Source: Macrostomum lignano (Eukaryota). Taken from it: a stretch of DNA of 64,000 nucleotides. The stretch is taken from contig NIVC01000313.1 in assembly GCA_002269645.1 (NCBI GenBank), positions 5,492 to 69,491 on the forward strand, written 5' to 3'. The translations under genes and the position numbers were made by a program. This document shows positions 46,046-58,285 of the stretch, one piece after another (the first letter of the stretch is position 1; every line of letters starts with the position of its first letter). The notes under the pieces were generated by a model that saw only the letters and a list, made by a program, of their open reading frames with translations, was not told the DNA's origin and ran no database searches.

Positions 46046-48400
46046 CTAGATGATATCGTTTTTCTCTTCTTGGCTGCGGGCGAACGGCGCTGCTGCACCG
46101 GTGTCGTGACGCTGCGGTGTGGCTGGTGCAATTGACAAGCGTTGCTGCTGCTGTGCGGGCTGCTGCTGACATGTGCCGGTGAAATCGGTCACAGTTCGAC
46201 GCCTATGGGCTCTGGGAGTGACGCGATCGTTGGCGTGCTTCAACGTAGCCTTAATGGCCTCCTTCACATCGTGTTTCAGCGTTGAAGGCGGCTTCTCCGG
46301 CGGCACATAAAAGTGTTTAGCGGCGTCTGTTATAAAAAGATGAGTAAGAAATTTCTGAGCGCTTATCACTAGGCATGCCAATGATGCGTTTAGATATAGA
46401 ATATAAAATATTGAATATAGGTATAGTACTGTTGCCTAAATAAAATAGCTGTGTACATTGGACTGGCTGCTTAAAACAAAATTAAAATCGTTTAAAATAC
46501 GCTCATACGGCCTATGTTTGCGCCAAGGTCCTCTCATGACTCCCTTCACTGGCTGACAACGTATTTTTAGCTGTTGTTGTCCCGAGCTAAGTCTTTGAAG
46601 ATAGTTAATACTAGTAAGTTTACTTTTAGTAGCACGTTCCGAAAATTTACTTATGCGAATTTGCATCTCTCATTAATTTTTTAACCGCTCGAAAATTCTT
46701 ACCGAGAAAAAGATCCAGGAAATTTTTACGGAAGCTTAGCTGCTTGTCGGTCAAATCAGTAGGAACTTCGTGCTGCACCTTGGCTGCCATGTTTAGTCCC
46801 AAGAGATTTACACCCGTCTGTATGACCAGTGTCATGGCCGTGTCCAGCATTGCCCGGACGGATGATCGGAGGTCTGTTCCTTGGCAGCAGCGCAGCAACG
46901 CCACCTGTTTCAGATAATTCAAGTAACCGATATTGGTAATCATGCGAGTTTGCGTCAACATTTTATTGATTATTTAATAAACTCACCAGTTCCCGAATAT
47001 TATCCAATGGGGATTTTGCGAAGTGGACGTAGTCCTGCCAACTGGAAGTAGGCCAGAAGCGCCTCGGCTGGTCTGTGGAAGCAGAGTTTTCAACCGATGC
47101 GACAGGCGCTGAGGTCGCGATCGCCGATATGCTAGCAAAAGCAGCACGTAATCCTGCCATGTCTTGCTGAAGAGCAGATAAATGCTTTTCGAGAGTGGCA
47201 CGCGTCCGGTTCCCTTCTCTTAATAAACAGAGCAAGAATGTATGGCCCTCGGGACTTTTTAGGCTGCATTTAACCGCATCTTGTGCTTTCTGTCCCAGCC
47301 GATGGATGACATCGGGACCCCAGTTCAAAAAAGAAAAGTCGTCAATTTCTGCCGCTGCCATTGAAGCTGATGAATCAGCATCAGCACCGGAAGACTGTTG
47401 CTCGAATGCTAGCATCGTTGATTCTGCTGCTGCCGCAGACCCAGCTGGAGACTTTGGAAGGCAGGTCAAGTCGGCGCTGAGAGCTCGATTGACCGCTGAA
47501 CTCGTCGCTGCTGCCGCTGCCGCAGACCCAGCTGGAGACTCGGCAGCTGCAAGCGCCTGCTCGTTGGCCTCGGACCCCGAATGCGTCTCCCCTTCTTGAG
47601 AATCCTCCGAGTCTTGAGCCTGGGGCATGGGGAGAAGTTGAGCCTCTGTCTCCGGCCTTCGAAGCGAAACGACGGGCACCTGTTCGGCTGTCCTAACTTT
47701 GACGGCCCGACCATGCACGAAAGCGTCGCTGGCAGGCAGGCAGCTCAGACATCTCTGACCTCTTTGCCTGTGTAATAAAGAAATTATTTTTATACGTTAC
47801 TGCTACTGCTAGAAATTACGAAAGAAAACAGAGTACAGAGCCCTCTCTACCCCTGAAAACAAATGCATGCAAAGAATGTATAACAACAGCATATTTATTA
47901 AGAAACGAACCTGTGACTGCCATAAACGACGAGCCCCCCTGGCATCGGAAGACTCAAAGACACGCGGTTGTAGCCTCGTCAGGATGTCGGGGATGCTGAA
48001 CTTCTTCCGTAAGAGCTTTCGAACATACAAAATGCTAAGTGCGGTGTCATTTAAACCCGCCCCATCTGGTTCATGTAGGTGGACCTGGACAATTGACAGT
48101 GAAATAGATAAATGCGTTACAGATAGCTATAAATAGGGTTATAAGCAATTTTAAGCGTACCATAGCAAGTGAGAGATTGAAACATTAATAGGCAGACAGA
48201 TAACCAACCTGAACAATTATGGCGTTGTATACAATGCCTTCGTAGCTTGCGTCGCATATCCACGCCTGCTGCGAGAACTTCTTTTCAAGCCACTCATCCC
48301 GTGTCCAGTTTTCCATTTCTTCGGGTAGGAAGACATGGGATCCGTCCACCTAGACGAACTTTCTGTCCTTCTTAAGAATCACGATGAACTTCATCGTTTT
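46046..48400 (-). pseudogene. Multi-exon DUF4806-like gene, often transposon-associated
   Basis: QVALLRCCQGTDLRSSVRAMLDTAMTLVIQTGVNLLG (46647-46961) fits the DUF4806 pattern; preceded by an Ala/Ser-rich low-complexity and coiled-coil ORF (46963-47718). Exon structure not resolved. Confidence 0.45.
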
Positions 48401-48969
48401 TTGCTAATTGACGTCGACGAAACGAACTTCGTTGTCTAAATAAAACATATGCGCCTTATGTAATAAAACTGCTAGATGATGGCAGAGACGGGAGAGGAAA
48501 TCAGCGAGTGAACAAAGCTTCATATCTGAATTCGGGTTTGGGGAGGTAAAAACATGAGGTGGTTCCAGTCCCATTTCATTGGCTCCTAGAAGTAATGTGG
48601 CCCTCCCTTTAGCCAAGAATGAAAATTATGATGAATTTCAAAGAAGTTCAATTCCAAAGAATTCCTTATATCATAAATTTTTATCGTATTCACAGTGACA
48701 CTTCCTGAAATAAATTCTGTGAGAAAATCTCATCAAACAGCAGAAGAAATGGAGACGTATTGAGAGGCTGGCAGACACTCTATTCTGTGCAAATAACCAA
48801 AAAGATAACGAAGTGAAGCACTCCGAAAACATCGAATTCTTTGACGCACTACAGGACCCTGTTGCTGAAGCAACGCCAACGGACTCCGCTAGCTTGGAAA
48901 ATTTACCTGAGGAGCCACTGACAAGCGGCTTGGACTAAGAAGAAGACGTATTCCCAGAGGCCAACACAG

Positions 48970-49320
48970 ATGATCAGCGGAGCGAGGAAGAGAAACTACG
49001 GGACCTTCTCATTGTCTTCTTTATTCTTTACAATATCCCACGTGAAGGCATACACTTTCTCTGTCAACAAGCTTGAAGTACCGGCTCCAAAGTCTGCTCA
49101 CTACATTCAACGTTTTATTGACGATGGAAAATCTGGAGGAAAGGAGAGGAATATTTCGATGGAAAAAATGGATGACGGGTACTTTAAGTACGTTTCCATA
49201 GTCGACAATCTTAAATGGTTATTCTCTTTGATTATGTTTTGCGATTCTCACAAATTAAAACTCTCTCTACAAAGCAACTATGGCTGCGCTTATTAAATGG
49301 AAACATCTTCCCGTGGGCTC
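48970..49320 (+). pseudogene. Possible EnSpm-like transposase N-terminal remnant
   Basis: DGYFKYVSIVDNLKWLF resembles the F.YVPI..TL..L motif of animal EnSpm-like transposases; truncated. Confidence 0.3.
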
Positions 49321-49958
49321 GTTTTATTGAGTGATCTATTCAGCCCTCAGTGCCGGTGCACCCGACATTGCACTTTTCCTCACATGCCCGCCACCTGGCT
49401 TTGTCTGAAGGTTAACAAGTTTACTTAGTTATTAAAGATTAGGAAATTTACGCACACCGCCCAACCCCTTTCTGTGTGATTGTCTGAGCTGCCCGCCTAG
49501 CGTCCCACGTAGCGTCCCACCTTCACTCAGTTGTGACTTGTTCTTTGTGTACGCGCTCGCGCCGGCCAATCGGCGGCCGAGAAAGGTCTGTGGTTCCAAA
49601 CTCTCTAGTAAACTCTCGGCTCCTCTGGCACGCTCCTCTGAGAAGTAAACTGCCTTCGCTTAAATTTCTTGGGCAAACTGCCTACTAGAGCTTTCGAGTT
49701 GTGGGTTCCAGGGACGGAACGGCTCAGTGTTCGATGCGATGTCACGCTCAGATATTACAGTCAGTTCGGGCCAGTGGGCTGCAGCGATCCTTAGCTCGTC
49801 CGCTGAAGGGGATTCTGAGTCACACTAGATCAGGCCTAGTCACAACAGTGGTCGTCCTGGGACTGATGGATCTGATCGCCAGATGGGTCCTTCGTTGATC
49901 GCGTGATGACCCTGCTGAAGTAGAAGGCATGAGGGGGCTTTTGGGACAAAATTTTTCA

Positions 49959-50174
49959 CGTCCTCCATAATCCCATTAAATCCATCCATATTATCCCCGA
50001 CAGAATCAGAAAAAAGGGGGGTCGCACTCGCTCACAAAACGTCCTCCATAATCCCATTAAATCCATCCATATTATCCTTGACAGAATCATGAAAAAGGGG
50101 AGGGGCCGCACTTGCTCCGAAAAATTCGAACATAATCCCATTAAATCCATCCATATTATCCCTGACAGAATCAG
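49959..50174. repeat. 81-84-bp tandem repeat, 3 units
   Basis: CATAATCCCATTAAATCCATCCATATTATCC(C/T)GACAGAATCA at ~49966, 50047 and 50131. Confidence 0.9.
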
Positions 50175-50662
50175 AGCAGGTGTCCACTGATACCTGTTAT
50201 GCTCACTGACACAGACATAATCCACTGACATCCACCCATAGCATCTTCGAAACAATAAGAAAATAATCTGCATTCTTCTTCCCACATTCAATTTGCAACG
50301 CGAAACCAGATCCCTAAAACTTTAAATCAACTTCTTGCTGAAGTTATAAGGCAGTTGCATGTAGTTGCCAACTACAAGGTAGTACCTTGTAGAGTGTAGA
50401 CGTACGTTCTAAAAATAAAACCCATGCCACGCACTCCACATGTGCTTTCCATTTTACTTCCGCTTTGGCAACCATTAATTGTTATTAATTTTTAACCATA
50501 AATTGAAAATACTGCCTAGGTATAAATAAAAATGCCTATGCCTATAAATAGATTTCCGAACCCACACCAATTGTATATATACAGCCGATTCACACCGCCC
50601 CTCGCCTCACCCTGCCTGCTCCACCTCGCCCTTGCTAAACCTTACTCGAATTTTTTAATCTA

Positions 50663-51622
50663 ATGGCTTCCAAGACGCCAAGTAAAATTCTAAATAAAAT
50701 TAAAAACATCAATACAAAGCACACAACCAGCACAGCAATCACCATCTCGGCAATGACTGAGGAAGAACAAGCTGCATTATTGAAAAGCCTTGAAAAGATT
50801 GATGAGCAATCTTCTAAGAAGGAAAGATCCGAGAGGCCAAACGCGTTGATGTCGAGAATGAAAGAAGAGACGTACGGTTCATAGCAAAGTTAAAGGAAAC
50901 GATGAACAACATAAGAAAGGAAGAAATTGTGATCCAGACAAGGTAAGTCTTTTGCTTATTAGTTTACTTGTGAGCGATACTTGCTTATTACTTTTGCTCT
51001 CTACTAGTTTTTTAGTGAAACACATTGACAAAATTTCTCAAAATTCTTGATTGGGTGATTTAAACGTGATCAAACATGATTATAGATAGATTTGACATTA
51101 GATTAGAGATCTATGCAAGCAAACCTTTGATCTAATTCACATTATGATTGCATATTATTTCTTTTTAGATTTAACAACGCCAGGGAGTTGTGCACGGCCG
51201 ATGTGCCAGACGATGAAGAGAGCATGCGCACGCAATACATCAATCTGGACTTCTTTATCGCAGACGTTGAAGTTCTGGGGTGTCTAGCGAAGAAAAAACA
51301 AGCGGAAGTATTTGCAAAGTACAAGAACAAGTTTGGTCTAACAACGGAAGAGACAGCCAGACGCTTGGATACTCCGGTTAAATTTGGTCAGCGGCTTTTC
51401 ACATTTCATGGTTTATTAACCAAATTTCCTAACATCTTGTTCTCCGGCTACAGCATGGAGACATTGCTTACGTTCAAAAAGACCATCGAGAAGGAAGAAT
51501 TCAACGACGAAAACTTCCGATGCAAGCTAGAAACGGAGTTCACAATAATATGGGAAGGTGAAGACGAAGACGAAAGAAGCCTGTTGGAAGAGACAGAGGA
51601 GAAGATGGAGACATTTGTTTAA
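50663..51622 (+). CDS. Spliced ORF of unknown function (exon 1 50663-50942, exon 2 51169-51622); one frameshift in exon 1
   Basis: AG|GTAAGT donor at 50943 and TTTTTAG acceptor at 51168 join in frame (QTR|FNNARELC). Adding one A in the GGAAAG run (~50820) opens exon 1 fully. Confidence 0.6.
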
Positions 51623-51677
51623 GCAGTGAAGAGGAAGAAGGAAGACGATGGACAATATGAAGGTGACTCTGAAAAAA

Positions 51678-51877
51678 TACTATAAGTAACAAATATTTCC
51701 AGAAAATTCTGGACGGTCCAGAATTGAATGTAGTTTAGATTCAAGCCTACTATAAGTAACAAATATTTCCAGAAAATTCTGGACGGTCCAGAATTGAATG
51801 TAGTTTAGATTCAAGCCTACTATAAGTAACAAATTACTTATTTGTAATTTCCAGAAAATTCTGGACGGTCCAGAATT
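51678..51877. repeat. 70-bp palindrome-rich tandem repeat (2 full units plus 1 rearranged)
   Basis: TACTATAAGTAAC at 51678, 51748 and 51818; each unit carries AATTCTGGAC-G-GTCCAGAATT and TCCAGAA-AA-TTCTGGA. Confidence 0.93.
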
Positions 51878-52177
51878 ACATAGGTAATCATACACCTTAG
51901 TAGCTATAGTTATTAACTTATCCATTTTATAACTTTAAAATGCATTGTTAATAAATAGTAATATTAATTTAATATTTCAATAACTAAAAATTCAACTTCA
52001 TGTATTAAATGCAATGTATTGCTTTTAATGATTAAATATAATGAATTTAAACTAATAATAGTTTTCTTAAACACTAATAAATTTCAACTGTCTTTCATTT
52101 TATTTTGTTTTTGTAAAATTAGTGCTATTTTGTAACATTTAATATATCGATGAGTCTTTTTTTAAATCCTTCCCGAC

Positions 52178-52678
52178 TCAAGCGTCTCTCTCTACCCTTA
52201 TATCTTTCAAAAGTCTTCCCAATTCATTGTTAGGAGCGCACAAAATAAACCCCGCTCCTGAGCCTCCGCCCTCTCTCCTCGTGCACCAGCCCTCTCTCCC
52301 TGTGCACCCGCCCTCGCCTTCAACCCCCAACCCCAACTTTGTTTTACCAAAAATAACAGCTTTAACTAGCTTCCGAGCAATCGACTCACGAAATCCGCTT
52401 GAAGCCCCTATATTGTCTAGTCTCCTAAGCATTTCTTTGTCCCAACGATTCTTCTCCTCAGGAAAATCTCTATATTTAACATCGTGCCACATGCAGACAG
52501 AGTCTAGCTCGTTTACAGGCTCATGCCCAGGATTTGGGTTGTTGTTTCCATCCAGCTGTATTTCAAGTGGATTCAAAGGCCCGCAATATTTATAGCCGGG
52601 AAGTGTCCAGCCTTTGTTTGGATGAGGAAGCTTTTCTATCAGTCCATGTGAATCTAACTTACCACCAGAGCGTTGCAT
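52178..52678 (-). CDS. Parvovirus VP1u-type phospholipase A2 protein
   Basis: LPGYKYCGP Ca-binding loop, P.NELD, catalytic HD (CMWHDVKY), C-terminal K.KLGLG; open 166 aa. Confidence 0.88.
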   Translation of the reverse strand: MQRSGGKLDSHGLIEKLPHPNKGWTLPGYKYCGPLNPLEIQLDGNNNPNPGHEPVNELDSVCMWHDVKYRDFPEEKNRWDKEMLRRLDNIGASSGFRESIARKLVKAVIFGKTKLGLGVEGEGGCTGREGWCTRREGGGSGAGFILCAPNNELGRLLKDIRVERDA

Positions 52679-52709
52679 TATTTTATTTTAAATTTTCTTT
52701 TTAAAAAAA

Positions 52710-53693
52710 ATGACAGATCAGAAACTTAAAAAACTCTACTACAGCGACAAAGGAAAAACTGCAGTCACCAAACTCGCAGAACTAAGTAAGGAACCAAAAG
52801 CTAAAGTAGAAAAGTGGCTCTCTAAGCAGGCTCTCTTTCAAGTCTATTTCCCACCAGTAAAATTTACAAGACCTCACTTTAGCATCTATAAACCTAATGA
52901 AGCGCACCAAGCAGATCTTTTGTTTCTCCCCAACGACTCAGGCTACAAGTATGCTCTTACAATTACAGACGTTGCCTCCAGATATAAGGAAGCGAGACCG
53001 CTTAAGACGAAGAAGTCAGAAGCAGTTGCAGCCGCCCTCCAAGATATTTATAAAAACTCTCCGCTCACATACCCCCAAATCTTTATGACCGACCCGGGTA
53101 AAGAATTCTTTGGGGCAGTGAAATCACTTCTACATAAGTATGACGCAAAAATTCGCTATGGCAGAACTAAGCTCCACAGAGACCAGGCTTTTGTGGAAAG
53201 ATTCAATCTAACTCTAGCCAAGAGACTATTCACTAAGCAGACAGCAGAGGAGCTGAAACTAAAAGGTGGCCAATACTATACCGAGAGGACAGACCGGCTC
53301 CCCACTGTTATAGAGCAATTGAACAATGAAGTAACGCGCATGACTGGATTGAAACCGTCCCATGCAATTAAACAAGACACTGTCGAACTTAAGTCATCTC
53401 ATAGAACAGACACCTCAAACTACCCTAAGCTTCCAGGAGTTGAATCACCATACATACTGACAAACTCTGAGTTTCTACGCTTTTTATATCTACCTGGAGA
53501 GCTAGAGAAGGACACTAAAAGAAGAGCTACAGATCCATACTTCAGCCTTGATGTACATAAAATAGACAGACATTTTACCTCCGACTCTGGTGACTATTAC
53601 TTTTTATCTCAGGCCTTTAACCCTAAATCCCCCACGCGGTCATTCACTAGAGCTGAACTCCTAGTGATACCAGCTGACACAGAAATTAATTAA
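52710..53693 (+). CDS. Retroviral-type (rve) DDE integrase of Polinton, intact 327 aa
   Basis: HQADL, TITDVASRY, MTDPGKEF, VERFNLTL: all three DDE residues present and ORF uninterrupted. Confidence 0.95.
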   Translation: MTDQKLKKLYYSDKGKTAVTKLAELSKEPKAKVEKWLSKQALFQVYFPPVKFTRPHFSIYKPNEAHQADLLFLPNDSGYKYALTITDVASRYKEARPLKTKKSEAVAAALQDIYKNSPLTYPQIFMTDPGKEFFGAVKSLLHKYDAKIRYGRTKLHRDQAFVERFNLTLAKRLFTKQTAEELKLKGGQYYTERTDRLPTVIEQLNNEVTRMTGLKPSHAIKQDTVELKSSHRTDTSNYPKLPGVESPYILTNSEFLRFLYLPGELEKDTKRRATDPYFSLDVHKIDRHFTSDSGDYYFLSQAFNPKSPTRSFTRAELLVIPADTEIN

Positions 53694-53709
53694 AATATTA
53701 AAATAAAAA

Positions 53710-54165
53710 ATGACAAAGATTGAAACCAGAACCATCAATAAACTCAATAAAATCATTGAATCAAAGAAACCAGGTCTTATATCAATTAAAGGTATCAAAG
53801 TAAAAATCGATCCCACGCAGCAAATAGTTCAGTGTAATGAACAAAGACACAGCATCACAGATGAAAAGTTAGGAGGAATCCTACCATTAGCAGCTCTTAT
53901 TCCGATCATTGCAGGCGCTGTAAGTGCCGCAGGTGGTGTAGCTTGAGGTGTAGCAACTGCTGTTAAAGCTGGTAATGATAGAGCCCACCAGCTTGAATTG
54001 CAAAAGATTGCAAGAGATAAAGGTATAACAATTAAGGCAGGAGAGGGCTGCCCGGATTTTGATGATCGTGATGATTGTGAGCATGAAAATTCTGTAAGCA
54101 AGTCTGACATTGTCAAAGCCATCATGACACTGCACAATGCTGGGTTTACAATAATGCGCATGTGA
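53710..54165 (+). pseudogene. Adenovirus pX-like hydrophobic protein; in-frame TGA at 53944
   Basis: GGILPLAALIPIIAGAVSAAGG resembles adenovirus pX GGILPLLIPLIAAAIGAVPG; the same frame stays open after the TGA to 54165. Confidence 0.6.
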
Positions 54166-54287
54166 TGATGTTTAAAACCCCACTTTATCCAGCTTCATAA
54201 ACCTAACGCTACTGATAGGATGTAGAAACAGTTCAACTTTTCTATCAGGGTGGTCACCCTCAAAATTTTTTTTATTTTAGAGAAAAA

Positions 54288-57200
54288 ATGCCAAAAGCCA
54301 ATCCAGCAAAATATTTAGTCAACAAATATTTTTCGTTTCATTTACCCTACCCTACAACCTTAAAAGGCGTCTCATTTCAAGACAAAAGTAATTTACTAAG
54401 AGAAGCATGTAAACAAACGTTTAACACCGACCCTGGTCACCTGGGAAGCTATGAAAAACAGTTGGAAATCATCAATCAATTAGAATCCAACCAGTATGCG
54501 CCTATAAAAAATCCTGCAAAGGAACACCAAGAGAGGAGTCGCAACTTAGTTAACAAATACGAAACTCTCACTGGTGAAAAAGCAACGTACCCACAAAATA
54601 AGCAGGAACAAGAGAAATTAGAGCAATTAATCCATTTAAAAGAGTCGGAGCTTGCCACTGAAGAGATTAATTTTGCACAGAGGAAGTTTACAGAACATTA
54701 CATAGAGTACACAATCCCAATAAACGGCACCAACGGTACCACCGCAAATATCTACGACTATAAAGACAGCATCCAATCAGTTGTTGATCACACACTCAAA
54801 ACACGCAAGACCTTTAAACTACAGATATCATTCAAGATTGCGTTTTATATGCCTGCAAAACCCACTGAGCATCTCGAGTATTACATGACAACAAAGGCAA
54901 AGCCATTCACCCCAACAGACACACTGGATCCTTTCCTTCAAGATGTCACTAAGAAAATTGAAGCGTTTACATCCAGAGGTTCCGGATGGGTCGTGGGAGG
55001 GATTCAAAGAGCGACTGTCATGGTCATGAAATATGACCCACTTAAAGCCTCCTCTTATATAGAGCTCCCGCATAAGCTAGCCGGCAAAAAAGCTTGCATA
55101 AATGTTAAAAATAAAGACAATTGCTGTGCTCTATGGGCAGTTCTTTCTGCACTTTTTTATGATAGGGTACCTCACAACCCCGAAAGAACCTCAAATTATC
55201 AAAATTATTTCAATTACTATCTCATCGAATGCGAAAAGAAGGGAATCAGGTTTGACAAAGGAGGCTTGGCGATCTCTCAGATCTCAAAGCTAGAAGAAGT
55301 GTTTAATAACAAAATTAGAATCACAGTCTTTGAGTGGAGTGAAAAAACTGAGAAAGTTCAACCGGTCAGATGTAGCAAAGACGTTTTAGATCCTGAGGGG
55401 AAAAGGCGGACTGAAGTGGATCTTCTAGTGATTGGTAATTTACTAGAGGAGGCTCACTATGTTTGGATCAAAGATCTTTCAAGACTCATTCACAAGCAGT
55501 TGAATAATCATCACGAGGCTGTTGCCATCTGCCGCTTGTGCCTTAAGCATTACAGTGGACCTGAACGCTTTGAAAAACTAGCAGAGCATGAATTATCATG
55601 CGAGGATCACCCAACAAACTGCTCTCTTCCTTCAGCTGAAGAGAAGTATCTCCGGTTTAAGAACTATCACAAGATGGAGAAGCTCCCATTTGTTGTATAT
55701 GCTGATTTCGAATGCTCAATCGTGCCAGAAACTCAAAAACAAACTCAAACTCAAAAACATGTCCCCAATTCAGTAGCATATGCCTTTATTACTACCAAAG
55801 GACTTGTTGAGTATAATTATTTCTTTGGAGAGCAGTGTGTGGAGCAGTTTATTGCCAGAATGTTAGAGTTGCAAAAAGTGATTAGCACCCTTCAAACTGT
55901 TCCAATAATGATGACTGAGGAGGATGAAAGCAATTTCCTATCAGCAACTCATTGCCACATCTGCAGGAACCAGTTAACTCACACTAATATTAAAAACCCG
56001 ACCGTTAGAGACCACTGCCACTTTAGAAATTTAGAAATTTAGAGGTGCAGCGCATAAAACCTGTAATATAAAGCTAAAATCGAACATTCATGATCTAACA
56101 ATATTTTGTCACGACGCAAAGAACTATGACATGCATTTAATAGTTGAAAAAATCGGCATGATTCCAGACATACACCTTGATTGCATCGCAGAGAACAAGG
56201 AGAAGTTTAAGTGTGTTGATATTAAACAGGATAATTCGGGTACAGGTAAAATAAGACTGAAGGATTCATATCAATTTCTAGCTGCCAGTCTAGACGAACT
56301 AAGCAAGAATCTAAAAGATGAACAATGTACATATACAAAGATGTTTGCAAGTAAAATTAACAACACTGATGAATCATTTAAACTTTTAAGAAAGAAAGGC
56401 TTCTACCCCTATGAAAATAATACTGGGTATCACGTATTTGAAGAAGGTTTACCACCACAGGAGAAGTTCTTTTCAAAACTAACAGACTCTGGAATCTCTG
56501 ACAAAGACTATGAGCACGCGAAGCATGTCTATAATTACTTTAATTGTCAAAACTTCTTCCAGTATCACCTGCTTTACCTCTACACAGACGTGTTTCTGCT
56601 GGCCGATGTGTTTGAAACTTTCAGATACACCTGGTACACAGCATACGGCCTCGATCCAGCACATTATGTGTCTCTGCCTGCCACTAGCTGAGAATCTTTG
56701 CTTAAAATGAAATGGGATCAAGATCCAGATTGGTACATTGAACTTCTTACAGATATTGACATGTACAATTTTGTCGAATCGTCAAAGCGAGGAGGGATCT
56801 CAATTTGCACCCATAGATATGCAAAAGCAAACAATCCCTACATTGGATCTTACAATAAGGAGCAGCCCTCAAACTACATTACTTACTTAGACGCTAATAA
56901 TCTCTACGGGTGGGCGATGAGTCAAGATCTTCCAGTTAGAGATTTTCGATGGCTACCCTCATCAGAATTCAAACGGGACTTTTCATTGGCTGCCATTTAT
57001 GAGGTTGATGTTTACATTCCACCAAAGCTTCACGACTATTTCTCTGACTTTCCACCCTTCCCAGAGAACATCAAGTGCCCGAAAATAATCGAAACTCCCA
57101 ATGATAATAATGGAACTTGGCACCTGTCAGGAACAGAAAAAGAACATACAGAGAAACTAACACAGAATCTAAACAACAAGACACGTTACAAAATCCATTA

Positions 57201-58164
57201 CAAACTGCTTCAGTATTTTATCTCACTTGGTTGCAGGGTCACCAAAGTTCACAGGGCTCTTACATTTACAGAGGAAGCGTGGATGAAACCCTACATTGAT
57301 AAGAATACCCAGTTTAGGACCAAAGCAACCAACGACTTTGACAAGAACTTCTTTAAGTTAGCCAACAACTCTGTCTATGGCAAGACCCTTGAGAATGAGC
57401 GGAAAAGAACAAACCTGAAACTTGTTACCTCATCAGAGCCTGCTGTTATTCAGGCAAATATGTCAAAGCCAACATTCAAAGAACTCCACATCTTTAATAG
57501 CTACCTAGGTGTGATCATATTTTATAAAACCAAGGTGACGCTGCGCAAGCCGATCTATACAGGTGTCACTGTTCTCGACGAATCAAAACGTCTGATGTAC
57601 CACTTCTTCTATGGCATGAAGCAGCAGTACAAGGATAAAATGAAACTCTTGTACACTGACACAGACAGTTTTATTATGGACATTCAAACAGAAGACATTT
57701 ATCAGGACATGCTGCAGCAAAAAGATTTGTTTGACTTGTCTGAGTATGATGAATCTTTCAGGACACAGAATGGCGATCAAGTGTTTGACGCCACTAACAA
57801 GAAAGTGATTGGGAAAATGAAGGACGAGATTGCTGGCGACATAATAACTGAATTCATTGGGTTGAGAGCAAAGTCATATTTTGTAAAATGTGAGTCGTCA
57901 GACCCAATTAAAAAATCAAAGGGAATTCCGAAACGTGTGGTTAGGAAGGAACTTAATGAAGCTGAATACAGAGACGCCTTGAATTGCAACAAAAAGACAT
58001 CACATGATTTCTCAAAGCTACAATCTAAAAACCATATAATTCACACAATTCAGCAAAAGAAGATTGGACTCTCAGGTGCAGATAACAAGAGATTCATTTT
58101 TGATGACAATATCAACAGTCTACCGTTCGGGCATTGGAGATTAGGTTTAGGAGGTGGAGGTTAG
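54288..58164 (+). pseudogene. Protein-primed family B DNA polymerase (pPolB); frameshift at ~56030, nonsense codon at 56689
   Basis: GSGW..YIELP..KKACINVKNKDNCC; ExoI VVYADFEC; CHIC...RDHCH..FRGAAH..CN insert; HDAKNYD; ExoIII YTDVFLL; RGGIS; YLDANNLYG; KLANNSVYGK; YTDTDSF. Confidence 0.95.
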
Positions 58165-58250
58165 GTTCGGGCACTGGATATTAGGAGATTAGGAGGTGGA
58201 GATTAGGTTCGGGCACTGGAGGTTAGGTTCGGGCATTGGAGGTTAGGTTT
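58126..58250. repeat. G-rich degenerate repeats derived from the polB 3' end
   Basis: TTCGGGCA(T/C)TGGA x4 interleaved with GGAGGTTAGG/GGAGATTAGG. Confidence 0.8.
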
Positions 58251-58285
58251 AGTTTTAAGAGAAAGTTTAATAAACCTCATAAAAA

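Noticed and set aside
51678-51877. CRISPR-like palindromic repeat array
   Set aside because: The sequence between the palindromes is itself repeated, so there are no unique spacers.
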